Shown in pieces: positions 60,056 through 64,000 of a stretch of DNA of 64,000 nt. Source of the stretch: an uncultured Candidatus Rokubacteria bacterium (GTDB lineage: Bacteria > Methylomirabilota > Methylomirabilia > Rokubacteriales > CSP1-6). The notes under the pieces were generated by a model that saw only the letters and a program-made list of their open reading frames with translations, made no database searches and was not told where the DNA came from. Position 1 is the first letter of the stretch, and the number at the start of each line of letters is the position of its first letter. The stretch spans positions 64,001 through 128,000 of the forward strand of contig CAVVEU010000008.1 of NCBI GenBank assembly GCA_963747235.1, read 5' to 3'. The position numbers and the translations under genes were made by a program.

Positions 60056-60923
60056 TCACTCCTGCGCCGCGCTGCGCACGCTCTGCATCTTGGGATCGAG
60101 CAGATCGCGCAGCCCGTCGCCGAAGAGGTTCAGCCCGAGGATGCAGCCCATGATGGCGGCCCCCGGGAACAGGGTGAGCCAGGGCGCCTGCTGCAGGTAG
60201 AGGCGGCCTTCCGCCAGCACGTTGCCCCATGACGGGATCTGGGGCGGCACGCCCACGCCCAGGAACGACAGGGCGGCCTCGCCCAGGACGGCCGCCGCGA
60301 AGATGAACGTGCCCTGCACGATGACCGGCGAGAGGCAATTCGGCAGCACGTGGCGCGCCAGCACGAGCCGGTCGGGCACGCCCAGCGCGAGGGCGGCCTC
60401 CACGTAGGGCGTCTCGCGGATCACCAGCACCGAGCCGCGCACGATGCGCGCCACCCGCGGCACGTACACGACGCCGAGCGCGACGATGACGTTGGCCACG
60501 CTCGGTCCGAGCGACGCCATGAGGGCGATCGCCAGGATGATGGGCGGGAACGCCATGAACCCGTCCATGATCCGCATCAGGACATTGTCGAGCGGCCGGT
60601 AGTAGCCGCCGAGCAGGCCGAAGATGATCCCGCCCACGAACGAGAAGAGCATGACCACACCGCCCACCAGCATGGAGAGCCGGGTCCCGTAGACCACCCG
60701 GCTCCAGACGTCCCGGCCCACGTCGTCGGTGCCCATCCAGTGGGTCAGGGTGGGCGGGGCCAGGCGCGCCTTGACGTCGAGGAGCTGCGGCTCCCAGCGC
60801 CCGATCACGGGCGCGAACGACGGCCACCAGCACGTTGAGGGCCACCAGGATCGCGCCGATCATGGCGATTCGCCGGCGCCGCAGGAGCCGCAGCCACCGC
60901 CAGCGGGCCGCGGGATCGCTCAC
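60056..60923 (-). CDS. dppC: Peptide/nickel ABC permease (frameshift near 60820)
   Basis: HWMGTDDVGRD, YVEAA, HVLPN, ALSFLG, NLFGDGLRD. Confidence 0.88.
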
Positions 60924-61864
60924 TGGTAGCGAATCCGCGGATCGATCGTCAGGTAGACCAGGTCCACCAGCAGGTTGATCAGGGTGTAGGTGAGGGCGAT
61001 GATCAGCACCACGCCCTGGATCACCGGGTAGTCGCGCCGGAGCACCGCCGAGATGATGAGGCGTCCCAGCCCCGGGATGTTGAACACGGTCTCGATCACC
61101 ACCGCGCCCCCGATCAGGATGGCGAACGTGATGCCGATCACGGTGAGCGTCGGGATGATCGCGTTCTTGAGCGCGTGCTTGTACACGACCGCGCGCTCGG
61201 CCAGGCCCTTGGCGCGGCTGGCCAGGATGTACTGCTCGCGCAGCACGTCGAGCATGCTCGAGCGGGTGATGCGGGCGATCAGGGCGGACTGCACGAGCCC
61301 GAGCGAGACGGCCGGCATGAGGAGCGAGCGCGCGTTGGGCCAGAGGCCCATGTCGAGCGGCACGTAGCCGGCCACCGGCAGCCAGCGCAGCCAGACCCCG
61401 AAGACCAGGATCATCAGGAGCCCGAGCAGGAAGTTGGGGATGGAGAGGCCGATCAGGGCCAGCCCCATGAAGGACTGGTCCACCGCGGTGTTGTGGTAGC
61501 GCGCCGAGACGATGCCGGCGGGCACGCCGATCAGCACCGCGATCAGGGTGGCCCAGCCCGTCAGCAGCAGGGTCGGCTCGACGCGCTCCAGGATCGCCTC
61601 GGTGACCGGGCGGCGCAGGAAGATGGAATCGCCCAGGTCCCCGCGGAGGAGGCGCCCGTACCAGCGCACGAGCTGGGCGGGCAGCGGCTCGTCGAGGCCC
61701 AGGTTCGTGCGCAGCCGCGCGACGTCTCCGGGCGTCGCGTCCGGGCCGGCGATGATGCTGGCCGGATCGCCCGGCGCCAGGTGGATCAGGACGAACGTGA
61801 CGGTGGCCACCACGAGCATCACCGGGATGACCGCCAGCACCCGGCGGAGCAGGTAGGTCTGCAC
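60920..61864 (-). CDS. dppB: Peptide/nickel ABC permease
   Basis: PGDP, GDLG.S, RSSML, RAKGL, HALKNA, ETVFNIPGLG, RDYPVIQG, DPRI. Confidence 0.92.
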   Translation of the reverse strand: MQTYLLRRVLAVIPVMLVVATVTFVLIHLAPGDPASIIAGPDATPGDVARLRTNLGLDEPLPAQLVRWYGRLLRGDLGDSIFLRRPVTEAILERVEPTLLLTGWATLIAVLIGVPAGIVSARYHNTAVDQSFMGLALIGLSIPNFLLGLLMILVFGVWLRWLPVAGYVPLDMGLWPNARSLLMPAVSLGLVQSALIARITRSSMLDVLREQYILASRAKGLAERAVVYKHALKNAIIPTLTVIGITFAILIGGAVVIETVFNIPGLGRLIISAVLRRDYPVIQGVVLIIALTYTLINLLVDLVYLTIDPRIRYQ

Positions 61865-61870
61865 GCCTCC

Positions 61871-63407
61871 CTACTTGGCCAGCCAGCTATTCCAGAAGTA
61901 CATCCGCGGCGCGGTGCGGAAGTCGCCCCGGAGCTCGCGGCGCGCGGCATCCAGCGTGAAGTAGTCGCCCAGCTTGACGCTGCCCACGTCCTCGTAGAAC
62001 ACGTTCTGGATGCGGTCGATGATGGCCTTGCGCTTCTTGAGGTCGTTCTCGCCCTGCAGGTCGGCGAGCAGCCGCTCCTTCTCCTCGTTGCACCACCAGC
62101 CCTGGAACGTGCAGCGGAGCGCGACGTGGTTGGCCGGATCGGCGGAGAAGACGAAGCCGGTCGAGAAGACCTCCCACAGCTCGGGCTTCTGGGTGCGGTT
62201 GTTGAGCGTGGCCCAGTCCACCACCTGGAGATCCACCGCGATGCCCACTTCCTCGAGCTGCTGCTTGGCCACCAGCGCATTCTTGTACATGAACTCGTAC
62301 TCGCGCGTGGTGATCCAGCGGAGCGGCTGGCCGGCGTAGCCCGCCTCCTTGAGGAGGCGCTTCGCCTTCTCCTTGTCCTTCTGGTTGTAGAGCTTGGCGC
62401 TGGCCGTCGAGTGCCAGGGCTGCTCGGGGAAGAACACGCCCGGGTCGAGCCGGTAGAACTCCGCGAGCCGAAGCCCGCCACCAGGATCGGCTCCATGTCG
62501 AGCGCGGCCTGGAAGGCCTGGCGGATCTTCTTCTGGCTCATGAGCGACGACTTGTGGTTCATGACCGCGACCGCCCAGCCGCGCGGCTTGACGATCCGCG
62601 ACTCCAGCGCGGGCAGGCCCTTGATGCGATCGTAGGAGTCCTGCTTGACGAACATCGCATGGTGGTACTCGCCGGTCTCGACCCCGGCCAGGCGCACCGC
62701 GGTCTCGGGCACGGTGAGGAACAGGATCTCGTCGAAGTAGGCGGTGCGCTTGCCGCCGAAGCCGCTGGGCGGCTCCGATCGCGCGCTGTAGTCCTTGAAC
62801 TTGGCCAGCTTGATGTGCCGGTCCGGCCGGTGCTCCACGAAGCGGAAGGGGCCGGTGCCGATGAACTCCTTGAGCTGGCCCTCGCCCGCGGCCTCGATGC
62901 TCTCCTTCGGGTAGACGGCCGCGTGCGGCTCGGAGAGCCCGTAGATGAGCGAGCTCGAGGGCTGCTTCATGCTGATCACGACGGTGTAGGGATCCTTGGC
63001 GTCCACGCTCTCCACGTACTTCCAGAGCGCGCGACCCACCGAGGCCACCCGGCCCCAGCGCTGGAGCGACGGCACCACGTCGGCCGAGGTCATCTCCTTG
63101 CCGTTGTGGAACTTGACGCCCTTGCGGAGCACGATCGTGTAGCTTGAGGCCCTTGTCGGTCGAGCGTCTACGACTCGGCCAGCAGGGGCACCGGGTTGAA
63201 GTTCTTGTCGTAGGTGAAGAGCGACTCGTTGACGTGCCACATGATCTCGTAGACGAGCGTGGCGGTGCTCATCGGGATGTCGAGCGTGGGCGGCTCGCCG
63301 ATCGACGCGACCTTCAGCACGCCCCCCATGCGCGGGGTCTCCTGGGCGGCGGCGGGCATCACGAAGGCAAGGCTCGCGGCGAGGACGATGAGCGAGAACC
63401 GTTTCAT
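61871..63407 (-). CDS. Family-5 ABC substrate-binding protein (frameshifts near 63160 and 62460)
   Basis: Signal peptide, GGVLK, EPPTLD, PLLAES, LRKGVKFHNG, IGTGPF. Confidence 0.88.
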
Positions 63408-63442
63408 GGACGTCTCCTTGGGTCGAGCTGCGATGAGGGCGG

Positions 63443-63936
63443 CTACCGTCGTCCCTTCAGGAACCAGTCGACTGCCGCCGAGCCATCGGTGCTCTCGGGC
63501 TCCTGCGCCGGCGCCGGCGGCGCCGCGGTCGGCGCAGCCGGCGGAGGCGGCGTCACCACGACCGGCGGCGGAGCCGGTAGCGGCGCGACCCGGGCTGGTG
63601 CCGGCACGACGGCGGCGGCGGCGGTGTCGCCGGCGGTGGTGGCGTCGCTTTGGGCTGGGCCACGCGTGGCGGCTCCGCCTTCGGGCGGGGCGCGGGAGCC
63701 GGAGGGGCCGCTGCCACAGGGGGAGCAGGCTTCGCGGGCGCCTCGATGAGCAGGATCGCGCCAGGCTCGACTTTCGCGACGCGGCCCACGATCTCGCCGT
63801 CGGGGTCGCGCGAGCGATCGACCGGATACTCGGTGGGCTGCGCCAGGCGGAGCACCAGCATCGCCGCACCAGCCAGGAGCGCCAGGCTTCCGACCGCGGC
63901 ACCGAATACGACGAGGCGAGCAACGACGGGCTTCAC
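63443..63936 (-). CDS. Pro-rich single-TM hypothetical protein (frameshift near 63600)
   Basis: N-terminal TM, short beta segment, Pro-rich linker, C-terminal DGSAAVDWFLKGRR. Confidence 0.55.
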
Positions 63937-63957
63937 TTCCTCACTTGCTGATGGCCC

Positions 63958-63986
63958 CTGATACAATGCCGGCGGCAGGCTGTCAA
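63958..63986 (-). promoter_or_regulatory. Sigma70 promoter TTGACA-N17-TATCAG
   Basis: Perfect -35 with 17-bp spacer just upstream of the 63936 start. Confidence 0.45.
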
Positions 63987-64000
63987 GGGCGCGTTCCCCA

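Overview
Very GC-rich (roughly 70% by eye) bacterial chromosomal segment of about 70 genes. I see no rRNA, tRNA, CRISPR array, transposase or integrase. Gene content (family-5 solute-binding proteins, a cyclase-TPR relic, TIGR03617-like F420 enzyme, cdaA-cdaR-glmM in a diderm with BtuB/TonB) suggests Candidatus Rokubacteria/Methylomirabilota; this is inference. About two dozen genes carry single-base frameshifts, most likely uncorrected long-read indels, so they are reported as single CDSs. Left to right: (1) DUF4212 + ActP-like symporter, two small membrane proteins, a cNMP-CBS-DUF294 nucleotidyltransferase and a membrane-anchored HAMP-DEDDh exonuclease; (2) sigma54-type TraR/DksA gene, GDPD, acyltransferase, aroQ; (3) ECF sigma factor fused to a signal-peptide-like helix and an extracytoplasmic domain, then carboxyltransferase, cobS, cobC and an SBP; (4) sigma54-type minor pilin cluster; (5) cobamide salvage locus with two cobalamin riboswitches (cobU-cobT-btuFCD; btuB-cbiZ-tonB-cbiB) ending in a collapsed cobQ relic; (6) core cluster argS-SPOR-hpt-ftsH-folP-cdaA-cdaR-glmM-acpS-nnr-tsaE-radC; (7) four clustered DnaA boxes next to a small basic protein gene, then pyrD; (8) tauD-tauE-tctCBA; (9) a decayed cyclase-TPR gene, MFS, crotonyl-CoA carboxylase/reductase with an E-to-Q active-site change, enoyl-CoA hydratase, F420-dependent LLM enzyme and a dpp-type ABC transporter. 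Best candidates for undescribed biology: the membrane-tethered ECF sigma, the transporter-coupled nucleotidyltransferase/membrane exonuclease module, and the DnaA-box/small basic protein locus.
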